Shown one piece after another: positions 1 through 10,082 of a stretch of DNA of 64,000 nt. Origin of the DNA: Thermoplasmata archaeon (lineage in GTDB: Archaea; Thermoplasmatota; Thermoplasmata; Lutacidiplasmatales; UBA184); assembly GCA_022750335.1 (NCBI GenBank), contig JAKIVX010000002.1, positions 53,442-117,441 of the forward strand, given 5' to 3'. The translations under genes were made by a program, and so were the position numbers. Below the pieces are notes generated by a model. The model worked only from the letters and a program-made list of their open reading frames with translations, searched no databases and had not been told where the DNA came from. Positions within the stretch are counted from its first letter, which is position 1; each line of letters opens with the position of its first letter.

Positions 1-510
1 TCGCCCGTCTCGGTGATGGTGAGATTCGCGGCCATAGTCGAGCGCTACCCACTGAATTTTGTGGAAAGCGGCTTGCCGACGGGGACCAACTGGACCGTGT
101 CGGTCGGCGGCTCCCCAGAATCCTCCCCCGGGGCCACGATTTCCTTCCTCGAGACCAACGGGACCTACACGTTTGCGGTCGGAAGCGTCCCGGGATATGT
201 CGCCTCGGCGGGGAGCGGGTCGGTGACGCTTGCGGGGGTCAATCGTTCGGTGACGGTCACGTTCACCCCCGATCGCGCTTCCCCCGAATTCCTCGGACTT
301 TCGTGGACGGATTGGCTGGCCGTCGGTCTCGTGACAGCACTTGCCGTCGGCCTCGTCGTCATCGGCCTTCGCCGACGTCCGGCGCGGGCGTCGACGAACC
401 CCCCCCCAACGCCGGCTCCGCCCCGCACCTCCACTAAGGCCGGACCGCCGCCGAAGGGAAATGCAGGCATAGGGCCGGAGGCCGACCTCTGGCGCCCTCC
501 GCGTCCGTAG
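1..510 (+). CDS. C-terminal fragment of a cell-surface protein (5' partial; reading frame open to the window start). Has a GLPxGTxW-type beta repeat, sequons NWT/NGT/NRS, and a C-terminal TM helix followed by an Arg-rich tail.
   Basis: Frame 1 has no stop back to position 1. Motif ...YPLNFVESGLPTGTNWTVSVGG...NGTYTF... resembles the repeats of archaeal thermopsin-like or surface proteins. C-terminal LAVGLVTALAVGLVVIGLRRRPARAS is a membrane anchor plus basic tail, the same architecture seen in the 47109..47942 protein and the AglB extension. Confidence 0.4.
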   Translation, partial: SPVSVMVRFAAIVERYPLNFVESGLPTGTNWTVSVGGSPESSPGATISFLETNGTYTFAVGSVPGYVASAGSGSVTLAGVNRSVTVTFTPDRASPEFLGLSWTDWLAVGLVTALAVGLVVIGLRRRPARASTNPPPTPAPPRTSTKAGPPPKGNAGIGPEADLWRPPRP

Positions 511-580
511 GGCGGGCCGTCCCCCTGGGTCCCCGACCCGGTTCCCCAAATGAGATAGGGATGCGAGGGGCTCGGCCGTT

Positions 581-1783
581 GTGTCGTCCCCCGCACCGCT
601 GAGCTACTCCTCGTACCACACGTACTCGGAGTGCCCCCTACGGTGGAAATTCCTGTACCGGGACCGACTCCCCGAAACGCCGCGCGGGTACTTCACGTTC
701 GGGCGAGTCGTCCACTCGGTGCTCGAGGAGATCATACGACCGCTCGTCGTTCCGACCGCGCGGCGCGTGTCGCTCGGAGACGCCCAACGCACGCTGGATG
801 AGTGGCATCCGTCGGGAAGCACACACTCCCCGCACCTCGAGATAACACGCGAACAACTGTTGGAAGCCTACGACCGCATCTGGTCCAGCGAGGGGTACAC
901 TACTCCCGAGGAAGAGGCCCGGTATCGGACCCTGGGACGCGACCTCCTCCTCCGATATTACGAACGACTGGTGCGGGAACAACCCCATCCGGTTTCAGTC
1001 GAGGAACACCTCGAGGCTCGATGGGACGGTATCCCCATCCACGGGTACATCGATCGGATCGACCGCACTCCCGACGGGGGTCTCGAGATAATGGACTACA
1101 AGACGTCGCGGGAACTCTCCGGAGAAGACGCCCGCCAATCCGAGCAGCTCTCGATCTACCAGGTCCTTGTCGAAAGCAACTACACGGAGCCGGTCGAGGG
1201 ACTCACGCTCTATCACCTCCGATCCTTGACACCCCATCGAGTTCCGCCGAGGCCTCGGACGGCCCTGCTCGCCCTCCACGACCGTCTCGGGTCGGTCCAG
1301 GATGGGATTCGCGCCGAGGCCTTCGAGCCGACCCCGGGGCGGCAATGCTCCCGTTGCGACTTCCAGTCCCGATGCCCGGAGTTCCGTCCGGTGCCGACGT
1401 CTGACGAACCGAGGCTCCGCGAGCTGGTCGACCGTTTTGAGACCTTGAGACACGACGAACGACGCCTTGAGGAGGAGCTGCGCAAGACCGCGGAAGAGCT
1501 CCATCGCGCCGCCGAAGGGTTCGGGGTGCATCGAATTCCGGGAACCCGGTCGGTCGCGATCCGGCGTCGAGAGGAGACGTGGCAGTATTCCTTGAACGGG
1601 ATCCGGCCCGAGGTCGACGCCGCCGGCCTCGACGAACGGTTGGGGAAGGGCACCCCGGAAGAGGTGCGGCGGGTACTCCGGGATGCGAGCGTCGACCCCG
1701 AATTGCGCCGTCGGATGGCCGAGACGGGGTCCCGTCGGGTCAAGTGGTATTGGGAGCTCGATGAGGGCACCCCAAGCGGGTAG
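581..1783 (+). CDS. PD-(D/E)XK nuclease, Cas4/RecB-like, with a 4-Cys Fe-S cluster signature and a C-terminal coiled-coil region
   Basis: N-terminal YSECPLRWKF motif (conserved Tyr/Cys of the Cas4/AddB nuclease fold). D...DYKTSR matches the D-EXK core. C-terminal CSRCDFQSRC is C-x2-C-x5-C, which with the N-terminal Cys gives the Cas4-type 4-Cys arrangement. The C-terminal 120 aa are Glu/Arg-rich helical sequence. Confidence 0.55.
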   Translation: MSSPAPLSYSSYHTYSECPLRWKFLYRDRLPETPRGYFTFGRVVHSVLEEIIRPLVVPTARRVSLGDAQRTLDEWHPSGSTHSPHLEITREQLLEAYDRIWSSEGYTTPEEEARYRTLGRDLLLRYYERLVREQPHPVSVEEHLEARWDGIPIHGYIDRIDRTPDGGLEIMDYKTSRELSGEDARQSEQLSIYQVLVESNYTEPVEGLTLYHLRSLTPHRVPPRPRTALLALHDRLGSVQDGIRAEAFEPTPGRQCSRCDFQSRCPEFRPVPTSDEPRLRELVDRFETLRHDERRLEEELRKTAEELHRAAEGFGVHRIPGTRSVAIRRREETWQYSLNGIRPEVDAAGLDERLGKGTPEEVRRVLRDASVDPELRRRMAETGSRRVKWYWELDEGTPSG

Positions 1784-1840
1784 CCTCGTGCTTCGCGAGC
1801 GCCGAGCAAAGGATATCTAGCCCACCCGGTAGGCTCCCGT

Positions 1841-2908
1841 ATGGGGATTCCCCTCTCTTCCAATGCCCGACTCTCCTCGCTGGAGGGTCGTGCCCCGGCC
1901 ATCACGACCCTGTGCTCTCATTCATCCTTACAGATATTCCACGGGGCTCGGAAAGAGGGGTTTCGGACGATCGGCCTCGCGGCGGGGACTCCTCCCCGGT
2001 TCTACGATGCCTTCCCGCTCGCGCGGCCGGACCGGTTCGTAACCGTGCCTAAGATGGCAGATCTTCCCTCGGTGGCCGATCATCTCCGGTCCGAAGCGGC
2101 CGTGATCGTCCCGCACGGGTCCTTCGTGGAGTACATGGGGGCCGACGCGTTCAGCGCCTGGGACGTTCCAGTCTACGGGAACCGGAAGGTCATTTCCTGG
2201 GAGGCTGACCGGAAGAAATCCCGGGAATGGCTCGAATCCGCCGGGGCGACCATGCCACGGCGGTACGACCACGCCTCGGAGGTCGACGGGCCGGTCATCG
2301 TGAAGTACTACGGGGCGAAGGGCGGGAAGGGATTCTTCCTCGCCAAGAACCGGGAGGCGCTCGACGACTTCCACCCGACGGGACCCTACGTCATCCAGGA
2401 GTACGTCCTCGGCACCCGGTACTACATGCATTTCTTCTACACACCGCTCTCGGACCGAGGGTACCGGGTCGGGCACGGTTCGCTCGAACTCCTCGGGATG
2501 GACCGGCGCGACGAAGCGAACATCGACGAGCTCTACAAGCTCGGTGCCCATGAAGAATTGGTCCGCGCCGGGATCCGCCCCACCTTCGTCGTGACCGGCA
2601 ACGTCCCCGTGGTGCTGCGGGAGTCGTTGCTGCCGCGGGCCTTCGAGGTGGCCGCTCACATCGTCGAACGGTCGATCGAACTGTTCGGGGGGATGGTCGG
2701 CCCGTTCTGCCTGGAAGGGATCATGACCGAGGAGCTCGAATTCAAGGTTTTTGAGATCTCGACCCGGATCGTCGCGGGTACGAACCTGTTCATCTCGGGA
2801 AGCCCCTACTCCGATTTCGTGGAGCCGAACCTCTCTACCGGCCGACGGATCGCCCAGGAGATTCGGCGAGCCCTGGATACCGGTCGCCTCGCTGAGATCA
2901 TCAGCTGA
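1841..2908 (+). CDS. purP: 5-formaminoimidazole-4-carboxamide-1-beta-D-ribofuranosyl 5'-monophosphate synthetase (PurP, ATP-grasp; archaeal purine biosynthesis)
   Basis: Matches the PurP family signatures ...[10 protein letters not shown]..., ...VPVYGNRK..., and the ATP-grasp core ...[16 protein letters not shown].... The true start may be a non-ATG codon slightly downstream of 1841. Confidence 0.7.
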   Translation: MGIPLSSNARLSSLEGRAPAITTLCSHSSLQIFHGARKEGFRTIGLAAGTPPRFYDAFPLARPDRFVTVPKMADLPSVADHLRSEAAVIVPHGSFVEYMGADAFSAWDVPVYGNRKVISWEADRKKSREWLESAGATMPRRYDHASEVDGPVIVKYYGAKGGKGFFLAKNREALDDFHPTGPYVIQEYVLGTRYYMHFFYTPLSDRGYRVGHGSLELLGMDRRDEANIDELYKLGAHEELVRAGIRPTFVVTGNVPVVLRESLLPRAFEVAAHIVERSIELFGGMVGPFCLEGIMTEELEFKVFEISTRIVAGTNLFISGSPYSDFVEPNLSTGRRIAQEIRRALDTGRLAEIIS

Positions 2909-2939
2909 GTCGCCCCGCCCCGGAGGGAGCTCGTCCACT

Positions 2940-3902
2940 GTGTCCGCGTCGAGTGACTTCGCCGTCGAGGTCGAGCACCTCCGGAAGGTGTACGCCAAGA
3001 GCAAGGATCAGAAACCCGCGCTGGACGACCTGACCCTCAAGATCCCCAAGGGTCGTGTCTACGGCCTCATCGGTCGCAACGGCGCCGGCAAGACCACGTT
3101 CGTTCGGATCGCGTCCACGCAGCTCGCCCTGACCTCGGGCCGCCTCTCGGTCCTCGGCCTGGACGTGAAGACCCAGACCCGCGAGGTCCGGAGACGGATC
3201 GCCTGCGTTCCTCAGGAATCCCGACCCCTCTATTTCCTCAACACCCAGGAGGTCGTCTACCTGTACCTCAAGATGCGGGGGATGGAACCGGTCGAGGCCC
3301 GGCGTCGGACCCGCGATGCGCTCGAAGAACTCTCGCTCACCGAGTATCGAACCAAGCTCGTCTCCCGGCTCTCGGGGGGGCTCCGTCGCCGGGCCCTCTG
3401 CGCGATGGTGCTCGCTTCCGACGCGGAAGTGCTCTTCCTGGACGAGCCGACCACGGGGCTCGACCCTCTCGCGCGTCGCGAGGTGTGGAAAGCGGTGCGC
3501 CGCACGATCCGGGAACACCGGACGATCGTGCTCACCACTCACTACCTCGACGAGGCCGAAGCGCTGTCCACCCGACTGGCCCTCATCGAGAAGGGCCAGT
3601 TGCGCCTCGAGGGCTCTCCTGAGGACCTCCGGGCGCGAGTCCGGTATCCCTACCGCGTGACGGTCCAGAGTCCGTTCCCGCGGGAGGAGCTCGAGTCGTA
3701 CGGCCGGGTGGCCCCGATCGAGGGCGGATTCCTCGTGTTCGCCCGGGAAGCCGATGCGCGCGAAGTGGCACGCAAGGGGCTCGAACGGGGACTTCGCGTG
3801 TCGCTCGGGCCCGTCAGCCTCGAGGACATCTTCCTCGAGGTGGTAGGAAAATCGATCGAGGAAGATGCTCCCGCGGAGGGGCTCGAGGAGGCGTCCGCGT
3901 GA
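2940..3902 (+). CDS. ABC transporter ATP-binding protein
   Basis: Walker A GRNGAGKTT, ABC signature LSGGLRRR, Walker B VLFLDEPTTGLD. GTG start at 2940 after the purP stop. The upstream part of track ORF 2751.. overlaps purP and is rejected. Confidence 0.85.
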   Translation: MSASSDFAVEVEHLRKVYAKSKDQKPALDDLTLKIPKGRVYGLIGRNGAGKTTFVRIASTQLALTSGRLSVLGLDVKTQTREVRRRIACVPQESRPLYFLNTQEVVYLYLKMRGMEPVEARRRTRDALEELSLTEYRTKLVSRLSGGLRRRALCAMVLASDAEVLFLDEPTTGLDPLARREVWKAVRRTIREHRTIVLTTHYLDEAEALSTRLALIEKGQLRLEGSPEDLRARVRYPYRVTVQSPFPREELESYGRVAPIEGGFLVFAREADAREVARKGLERGLRVSLGPVSLEDIFLEVVGKSIEEDAPAEGLEEASA

Positions 3903-4645
3903 GCTCCCGGCATCGCTTGCGTTCCCTGCTAACGCTCGTCCAGATCAACGGCATCATCCCGATCCGGACCCAGCCACTCTACATCCTCAGCCTGGTCGCC
4001 TCCCCCCTCTCGTTCCTCTTCTTCATTTTCATCATTTCGAAGGGAGCACTCCTCGCCTTCGGCGTCACGGGAGGGATGATCCTGACGATGCTGTCGGTGG
4101 GCACTGGCCTTCAGAGCGACCTGACCCACTACCGCCACGACCTCAAGTTCCAGGATGTCGTGGTCGCCTCGCCGGTCGAAGCGCCGATCTACGTCGCGGG
4201 GATGGCCCTCTCCGAGCTCGTCTACTCCTTGCCCGGACTCGCCGTATTCGTCGTGATATACTTCCTCGACGGCCTCGCCACCCCGCTGAGCATCGTGGTG
4301 CTCACCGGGACCCTCCTGCTCGTCTGGGGGTTCGCCTGCGCCCTCGGGTTCACGCTCGCGACCTGGTTCGAAGATGTCCGGGAAACGTTCCTCTTCAGCC
4401 CGCTCATCTCCCTTGCCCTCACGGTGCTCCCGCCGGTCTACTACCCGCTCAGCTACCTCCCTGGATGGGCCCAGACCGCGGCGCGGTTCTCGCCGACGAC
4501 GTACGCGGCCCAGTTGGTGCAGGGGACGGTCGGGCTCGTCCCCCTCTCCTTCAACGAGGCGGTGATCGACTGGACGGTCCTCGGGGCATTCACCGTGGCG
4601 CTCTTCGTCATCGCGGCGTTCAAGGCCCGCTGGCAGGAGCCATGA
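3899..4645 (+). CDS. ABC-2 family transporter permease
   Basis: Six predicted TM segments, ABC-2 type. The start overlaps the ATPase stop by 4 nt (GTGA), suggesting translational coupling. Confidence 0.75.
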   Translation: MSSRHRLRSLLTLVQINGIIPIRTQPLYILSLVASPLSFLFFIFIISKGALLAFGVTGGMILTMLSVGTGLQSDLTHYRHDLKFQDVVVASPVEAPIYVAGMALSELVYSLPGLAVFVVIYFLDGLATPLSIVVLTGTLLLVWGFACALGFTLATWFEDVRETFLFSPLISLALTVLPPVYYPLSYLPGWAQTAARFSPTTYAAQLVQGTVGLVPLSFNEAVIDWTVLGAFTVALFVIAAFKARWQEP

Positions 4646-4730
4646 GCGAGCGCTTCTGCCGGAAAAATGGACCAGTTATCTGACCCGTCGCGCGAGGTGT
4701 TATGTACCCCGCGTCTCGTGGAGCCGCCCG

Positions 4731-4970
4731 ATGCTTTCGTTCGCGGACAGTCGTGGTTTCGAGAACTTCGATGAGCGGTTCTCGCACTGCCTGTTCTGCG
4801 GCCGGACCCTCGTCGTTCTCCCCGAGGACCGGCGGGGCGGAAGCTGTTTCGACTGCCTCGCGCTCTCGGTCGCAGCCCCGTCCCCATGCCCGGAATGCCG
4901 GAGCCTGATCCCGGGCGAGGACCGCGCGCTCGGCTGCGCTACCTGCGGCTGGTACCCGATCCAAGACTGA
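4731..4970 (+). CDS. Double zinc-ribbon small protein
   Basis: Four CxxC pairs (CLFCG, CFDC, CPEC, CATCG) in 79 aa. Confidence 0.4.
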   Translation: MLSFADSRGFENFDERFSHCLFCGRTLVVLPEDRRGGSCFDCLALSVAAPSPCPECRSLIPGEDRALGCATCGWYPIQD

Positions 4971-5229
4971 ACGGGCGTCCGAGCCGTCGGGGCTCCCTTC
5001 GGGCGCTCAATCTCCACCGACCGCTCCTCCGCTAAGCTTATCGGGCGAATTCGGTCCCAACGACAGGGCGTGCCGAGGTGGCTCAGTCCGGTACGGCGCG
5101 AGTCTGGAAAGCTCGTGGCGGAATACGCCTCGGGAGTTCAAAGGTGAGGGACGGCGGACCCGTCCCCGCGGGAATTCTCCCCCTCGGCGCCACCCTCCGC
5201 CTCGACCAAACTGGACCGGGGGACGCTCG

Positions 5230-5724
5230 ATGAGCGTCCCGGACCGCCGCGCCGTGCCCGCACTCCTCCAGGTCGACTCCATCCTGATCCACCTGGCCGG
5301 GCGGAACGCCCTGGCCGAGGTGTGCCGGTATCTCGTCCATGAGTTTCCCCACTACCCCTGGGTGGGGATCTACCGTCGGGAGGACGCTATGCTGGTCCTC
5401 GACGCCTACAACGGGCCTGAGGCCACGGAACACGTGCGGATCCCGCTCGACCGCGGGATCTGCGGGCAGGCGGCGCGGGAGAACCGAACGGTCATCGTCG
5501 ACGACGTCCGGGCCGCCCCGGAGTACCTGGCCTGCTTCCTCTCGACCCGGTCGGAGATCGTGGTCCCGATCCACGACGGACCGGACGTGCTGGGCGAGAT
5601 CGATATCGACGGAAATCAGGTCAAGGCGTTCGATGCGAGCGACCGGCGGTTCTTGGAGCAGGTCGCGGCGAAGCTCGTGGACGCGGTCCGGAAGAGCGCG
5701 GCGGAGCCGCCGCCGCCCGCCTGA
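5230..5724 (+). CDS. GAF domain protein (free methionine-(R)-sulfoxide reductase-like GAF)
   Basis: ...GICGQAARENRTVIVDDV...YLACF...SEIVVPI...VLGEIDIDG... is the typical single-domain GAF/fRMsr pattern. The 3' end overlaps the convergent gene by about 100 nt, so one of the two ends is uncertain. Confidence 0.65.
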   Translation: MSVPDRRAVPALLQVDSILIHLAGRNALAEVCRYLVHEFPHYPWVGIYRREDAMLVLDAYNGPEATEHVRIPLDRGICGQAARENRTVIVDDVRAAPEYLACFLSTRSEIVVPIHDGPDVLGEIDIDGNQVKAFDASDRRFLEQVAAKLVDAVRKSAAEPPPPA

Positions 5725-6448
5725 GATTCCGCCCGATCGTTCGGAGGGCCCCCGCGAGGGCCGCGCGTCGGTCGAACGGAGCGAATACCCCCGTCGGCGC
5801 GGTGGGCGGCCGCTGCTCGAGATCCTCGGCGATCTGGGAGAGGGCACGGCGGAGCTCGTCCACGATGGGAAGGTCGGCTTGTTGGCTCGTCCGGGACAGG
5901 GGGTTGAGGTCGATCGAGATCACCTTCTTCCCCAGCGCCCGCAGTGCTTCCGTCCGGTCCCCGTCCTCAAGCGGGACGATACAGAGGTCGGCGACGAGGA
6001 TCCCCCTCCGGTCGACTTGGGCCCGGTCCGACGGGAGTCCGGGAATACGGGCGGTGGGGCGGACACCGAGCGGGTGGCGGACTCCCGCCTCGCGCAAAGC
6101 GTCGGCGACCGCGCGCGCGCGGGGTCCGGTCCGGTGGAAGAGGTTGACCTCGACCGCGAGGCCGGGACACGCCCGAGCGAGACGCGCCACTTCCGACGCA
6201 GCCAGGGCGGCGACGTTCCCGTTCACGCTCAACACCGGACGCCGTGCCTGTCGGAGCCACCCCGCCGCAGCGGCCTCGGCGAGGCGCGCACTGGGGGTGG
6301 TATGTTCCCCCAGGAGGTAGTCGAACGTCTCGCCCCTGCCGTGGGCGATGAGCCCTTCCGGGGCCACGAGTCCGGTTCGGCTCAGCTCGGTTAGACGGGC
6401 CCGCACCCGGAGACTCGCGTACCGGGGGTGCGAGGGTGAGAGGCGCAT
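5621..6448 (-). CDS. Archaeal 4-phosphopantoate--beta-alanine ligase (phosphopantothenate synthetase, DUF137/COG1701 family; CoA biosynthesis)
   Basis: Start is the internal ATG (complement of 6446..6448, MRLSPSHP...); the upstream 61 codons of the track ORF are low-complexity. Motifs LIAHGRGETFDYLLGE, VLSVNGNVAAL, IDLNPLSRTS fit the archaeal PPS family. The C-terminal 60 aa are low-complexity and may be misframed in the overlap with the GAF gene. Confidence 0.55.
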   Translation of the reverse strand: MRLSPSHPRYASLRVRARLTELSRTGLVAPEGLIAHGRGETFDYLLGEHTTPSARLAEAAAAGWLRQARRPVLSVNGNVAALAASEVARLARACPGLAVEVNLFHRTGPRARAVADALREAGVRHPLGVRPTARIPGLPSDRAQVDRRGILVADLCIVPLEDGDRTEALRALGKKVISIDLNPLSRTSQQADLPIVDELRRALSQIAEDLEQRPPTAPTGVFAPFDRRAALAGALRTIGRNLRRAAAAPPRSSGPRPRASPRPAPRTAGRSHRTP

Positions 6449-6461
6449 GGGTCCGGGATCG

Positions 6462-7199
6462 TCAGGTGCCGTTGGAGGCGGTGTCGCGAGCCGGGGTATC
6501 GGAAGCGTCCGCGCCGTTGACACGTCCCTCGAGGGCGGCCACGCGCTGTTCGAGCGGAGCCAGTCCCTCCTCGAGGACCTTGCTGAGCGAGAGCTTGAGA
6601 CTCTCCTCGAGGGCGAGGATGTCCCGGCCAAGGTCGATGATGCGGCGAGCGTTCTCGTTGAGAAGCAGGCGGTTCTGCGTCGCGACCCGGAACGTGTCCG
6701 ACAGGTCCTTCGTCAGTTGCGACGACCGTTGGGCGAACGACTCGACGGACTCCCCGATCGGTTTCCATTTGTTGTCCAAGTTCGCGATCAGGTCCTGGGA
6801 GATCTTCTGGGCAGCCGTCCCTACGCCGGTGCCGATTTCCTTGCCGACGCGGTCGGCGACCCCGTTCTCGAGCTCCTGGAGCCGGGTCTTGAGCTCGGCC
6901 CCGAGCGCATCGCGCACGGCGTCGCCCCGCTGCTGGCGGTCCTCGACCGACTGGATCCGGGCCGTGAGATTCGAGTAGGCGGTCTGGATGAGCACGTCAA
7001 AGTGCTGGGTCGTGGACTCCTGGGCCCGCAAGAGGAGGTGCAGGATCCAATGCTCGCGACCCTTCGTCTCGGATAGCGGACCCCGGTCGAGTCGGTCCCG
7101 GACCTCGCGGTCCTCCAAGATGGACTGGAGTTCCTTGAGGATCTCGAGTCGGAGGGCACTGGACGACGACCCCGCGCCCGCCGGCACACGCCCGGCCAT
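6462..7199 (-). CDS. Coiled-coil protein, hypothetical
   Basis: 245 aa, strongly helical heptad-like sequence rich in Q/E/R/L, with no enzyme motifs. A TATA-like TACTATAAGA sits 25-30 nt upstream. Confidence 0.4.
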   Translation of the reverse strand: MAGRVPAGAGSSSSALRLEILKELQSILEDREVRDRLDRGPLSETKGREHWILHLLLRAQESTTQHFDVLIQTAYSNLTARIQSVEDRQQRGDAVRDALGAELKTRLQELENGVADRVGKEIGTGVGTAAQKISQDLIANLDNKWKPIGESVESFAQRSSQLTKDLSDTFRVATQNRLLLNENARRIIDLGRDILALEESLKLSLSKVLEEGLAPLEQRVAALEGRVNGADASDTPARDTASNGT

Positions 7200-7220
7200 G
7201 GGTCGCGATGGGGGCTCGGC

Positions 7221-7230
7221 TACTATAAGA
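7221..7230 (-). promoter_or_regulatory. TATA-like box (TACTATAAGA) 25-30 nt upstream of the 6462..7199 gene
   Basis: Lies in the 60-nt gap between two minus-strand genes. Confidence 0.3.
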
Positions 7231-7258
7231 GTTCGCGAGAGTGGGCGCTCGCGCCCTC

Positions 7259-8410
7259 TTACAGAAATTCATCGCCCAGGAGTTCCCGGGCGACGACCAA
7301 TCGACGGATCTCGCTCGTCCCGGCCCCGATCTCCAGTAGTTTCGCATCGCGGGCGAGACGTTCGATCGGAAGGTCCCGCATGTAGCCATACCCGCCGTGG
7401 ATCTGGATCGCGGCGAGCGCGTGACGCGTGGAGGCCTCGGAAGCGAACGTGAGCGCGGCCGCGCTCTGACGTAGGCTTCGGCGATCCTTCCCCACGGAGT
7501 CGAGTGCCGCATAGGTCAGTCCACGGGCGGCTTCGAGGTCGGCATACATGTCGGCCAGCTTGGCCTGGACCAGTTGGAAGTGTCCGATCTTTTGCCCGAA
7601 CTGTTCCCGTGAGCGGGCGTAGTCGAGGCTCCGTTCGAGACATTCGGCCATGATGCCCACGGGGATCCCCGCCAGCACGGCCCGTTCCACGTTGAGCCCT
7701 CCCATCATGATGGAGACGCCTTCGTTCTCGACCCCCACCAGTTGCTCGGCGGCCACTTCGCAGTCCTGGAAGGCGAGCTCCCCGGTCGGCGAGCCCCGCA
7801 TCCCCATCTTGTCCAGGCGCTTGGCGACCGTGAAGCCACGGGTCTTGCTCGACACCAAGAAGGCGCTGATCCCGTGGGCGCCCCGTTCCGGTGCGGTCTT
7901 GGCGTAGACCAGCAGCCAGTCGGCGACGGGACCGTTCGTGATGAACTGCTTCGAGCCGTTCAGCACGAAGTGTCCCCCGTGGCGTTCGGCACGTGTCCGC
8001 ACGGCCACCGCATCCGACCCGGCTTGCGGCTCGGTGAGGGCGAGCGCTCCGACGGCCTCCCCTGAGATGATCGCGGGCAAGGCCAACGAGCGTTGCGCCG
8101 GAGTCCCGTTCCGGGCCAGGTTGTCTCCGAACAGGTTGGAATGGGCGCCCACGCTGAGGGCGAGGGCCGGGCTGACCCGGGCGATCTCCTCGAGAATGAG
8201 CGCCTGGGCGAGATACGAGAGTCCCAGGCCCCCGAACTCGGTCGGGAGGGTGACCCCCAAGAAGCCCTGCTCGCCCAACCGACGGAATACCTCCCGCGGG
8301 AAGTACTCTTCGCGGTCCATCCGCTCCGCGACCGGAGCGATCTCCTTTCGGGCGAAGCGCCGCGCGGCCTCACGCAGCTCTCGCTCCTCGTCCGAGAGTG
8401 CGAGGTCCAT
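7259..8410 (-). CDS. Acyl-CoA dehydrogenase
   Basis: Full-length ACAD fold motifs ...[10 protein letters not shown]..., ...GSKQFITNG..., ...[28 protein letters not shown].... Confidence 0.85.
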   Translation of the reverse strand: MDLALSDEERELREAARRFARKEIAPVAERMDREEYFPREVFRRLGEQGFLGVTLPTEFGGLGLSYLAQALILEEIARVSPALALSVGAHSNLFGDNLARNGTPAQRSLALPAIISGEAVGALALTEPQAGSDAVAVRTRAERHGGHFVLNGSKQFITNGPVADWLLVYAKTAPERGAHGISAFLVSSKTRGFTVAKRLDKMGMRGSPTGELAFQDCEVAAEQLVGVENEGVSIMMGGLNVERAVLAGIPVGIMAECLERSLDYARSREQFGQKIGHFQLVQAKLADMYADLEAARGLTYAALDSVGKDRRSLRQSAAALTFASEASTRHALAAIQIHGGYGYMRDLPIERLARDAKLLEIGAGTSEIRRLVVARELLGDEFL

Positions 8411-10023
8411 CAGCCCGACGACTCCCGTCGGCGCTTAACTCTTGTCGGAGGTCGGTGGGTCCCACGGGAGTCGGCCCGCCGGACCACGAGCCCGATATGG
8501 AGCCGCCAGGAGGGCAGCGTGCGGGGATGATCCGATCGGAAATGGGCGCCCCGGCTTTCCGTCCGTCGCAGGGCCGCCCGCGCGATCAGGTACGCCGTGA
8601 GGGCGGCGTTCGCCACCGGTCCGGGCACCTCGCGCGCTGACGCGGGTTCCATCTTCGCCCCGAGTTGCTCGAACGTCTCGACGGCGGACCGAAGACCGGC
8701 GGCGTTGCGCACGATGCCTACCTCGTCCCATAGGGTGGAACGAACCCGCTCGATCCCCGACCGCTCTTCGGGTAGTCCGGACCCGACGGGCAGCGGGAGC
8801 TGGAGGACGAGGTCTGGCGGGGTGGGCCCGCCCGCGGTCGGGTGCAGCAAGTGACGGGCCACGCGCTCCCCGAAGACCAACCCCTCAAGGAGGGAGTTAC
8901 TGGCGAGGCGGTTTGCCCCGTGGACGCCGGTCGAGGCAACCTCACCGCAGGCGTAGAGCGAGGGGATCGTCGTCCGCCCATCGACGTCGGTCGTCACGCC
9001 CCCGATCATGAAGTGCGCCATCGGGGCCACGGGGATCATGTCCCGCGCGGGGTCGATGCCGTACGTGGCGAGGAACCGGGTCACCGTTGGAAATCGGGCG
9101 TAGAGCCGGTCGGCGGGGATGGCGGTGGCGTCGAGGAACACGGAGGACTGGCCGCTCCGATCGAGCTCCCGTCGGATGGCCCGGGCCACCACGTCGCGCG
9201 GCGCCAACTCCGCGTCCGGGTGCGCTCGGACGAGAAACCGATCGCCCGCAGCGTTCCGCACGAGCGCCCCCTCCCCCCGCAGCGCCTCGGTGATCAGGAA
9301 TCGCGGAGCTCCGTCCCGAGCGAACACGGTCGGATGGAACTGGATGAACTCCATGTCCGTCAGGAGCGCCCCCGCGCGGAATGCGATCGCGACCCCCTCG
9401 CCGGTAGCGATCGAGGGGTTGGAGCTCTCGCGGTAGAGGCTACCGGCGCCTCCGGTCGCCAGCACGACGGGACGTCCCGCTTCGACCTCCAGTCCCTTCC
9501 CCCCCTCCCGAGAGAGAACGGCGACCGGGCCGTCGCTCCCTCCCGGCCGCAACGCCCGTAGCACGGTCCGCTCCCGGGCGTCGATCCCCTCTTCGAGTAC
9601 GCGTCGCTTGAGCGTCTCCTCGATGGACGCGCCGGTCGCGTCGCCCCCGGCGTGAAGGATCCGGGCCCGGGAATGGGCGGCTTCGCGTCCGAGCGATATC
9701 CGTCCGTCGACTGTATCGAAGGGGACTCCGTACCGAACCAGGTCGGCGATCCGGCGGGGCCCTTCGTGCGTGAGGATCCGGGCCGCCGCGAGGTCGACCA
9801 GTCCCGCCCCCGCCCGAACAGTATCGGCGAGGTGGCGCGCCGGCGAATCATCCGGTCCGAGTGCGGCCGCGATGCCGCCCTGCGCGTAGCGCGTGTTGGA
9901 CTCCTCGAGTCGAGACTTCGTCACGATGGTCGGGCGGAGCCCCAACTCTTTGGCTCGCAGAGCGACGTAAAGGCCCGCGATCCCGCTGCCGATGATCAGC
10001 GGCCGCCGCTCGGCCCTCACCAC
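8410..10023 (-). CDS. nadB: L-aspartate oxidase (FAD-dependent, NadB; succinate dehydrogenase flavoprotein family)
   Basis: N-terminal IIGSGIAGL dinucleotide fold, ...[11 protein letters not shown]..., ...[14 protein letters not shown]..., ...HFMIGGV...[23 protein letters not shown].... Confidence 0.8.
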   Translation of the reverse strand: MVRAERRPLIIGSGIAGLYVALRAKELGLRPTIVTKSRLEESNTRYAQGGIAAALGPDDSPARHLADTVRAGAGLVDLAAARILTHEGPRRIADLVRYGVPFDTVDGRISLGREAAHSRARILHAGGDATGASIEETLKRRVLEEGIDARERTVLRALRPGGSDGPVAVLSREGGKGLEVEAGRPVVLATGGAGSLYRESSNPSIATGEGVAIAFRAGALLTDMEFIQFHPTVFARDGAPRFLITEALRGEGALVRNAAGDRFLVRAHPDAELAPRDVVARAIRRELDRSGQSSVFLDATAIPADRLYARFPTVTRFLATYGIDPARDMIPVAPMAHFMIGGVTTDVDGRTTIPSLYACGEVASTGVHGANRLASNSLLEGLVFGERVARHLLHPTAGGPTPPDLVLQLPLPVGSGLPEERSGIERVRSTLWDEVGIVRNAAGLRSAVETFEQLGAKMEPASAREVPGPVANAALTAYLIARAALRRTESRGAHFRSDHPRTLPSWRLHIGLVVRRADSRGTHRPPTRVKRRRESSG

Positions 10024-10082
10024 GGGGGGGAAGACGGGGCCCGGAGGTATAGCGGCTCCGAGGCGGGCACGCTCCTATACCC

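Noticed and set aside
2751-2939. Upstream extension of the ABC ATPase ORF starting at ATG 2751
   Set aside because: It overlaps the purP 3' end in another frame with Ser/Arg/Pro-rich sequence. GTG 2940, immediately after the purP stop, gives a canonical ATPase N-terminus.
1928-3004. A 358-aa minus-strand ORF antisense to purP, and many similar long ORFs (for example 5339..6394 +, 19061..20071 -, 40484..41962 -, 45279..46928 -, 52001..53593 +, 52509..54161 -, 31801..33027 +, 36735..38096 +)
   Set aside because: All lie antisense to, or out of frame with, genes that have clear family signatures. They are dominated by Arg/Pro/Gly/Asp low-complexity sequence, as expected for spurious open frames in roughly 70% GC DNA.
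4971-5229. A tRNA hidden in the 260-bp intergenic region (GGCTCAGTCCGGTA D-arm-like segment)
   Set aside because: I could not build a cloverleaf with a 7-bp acceptor stem, a T-arm or a proper anticodon stem. It is kept only as a low-confidence structured-RNA candidate.
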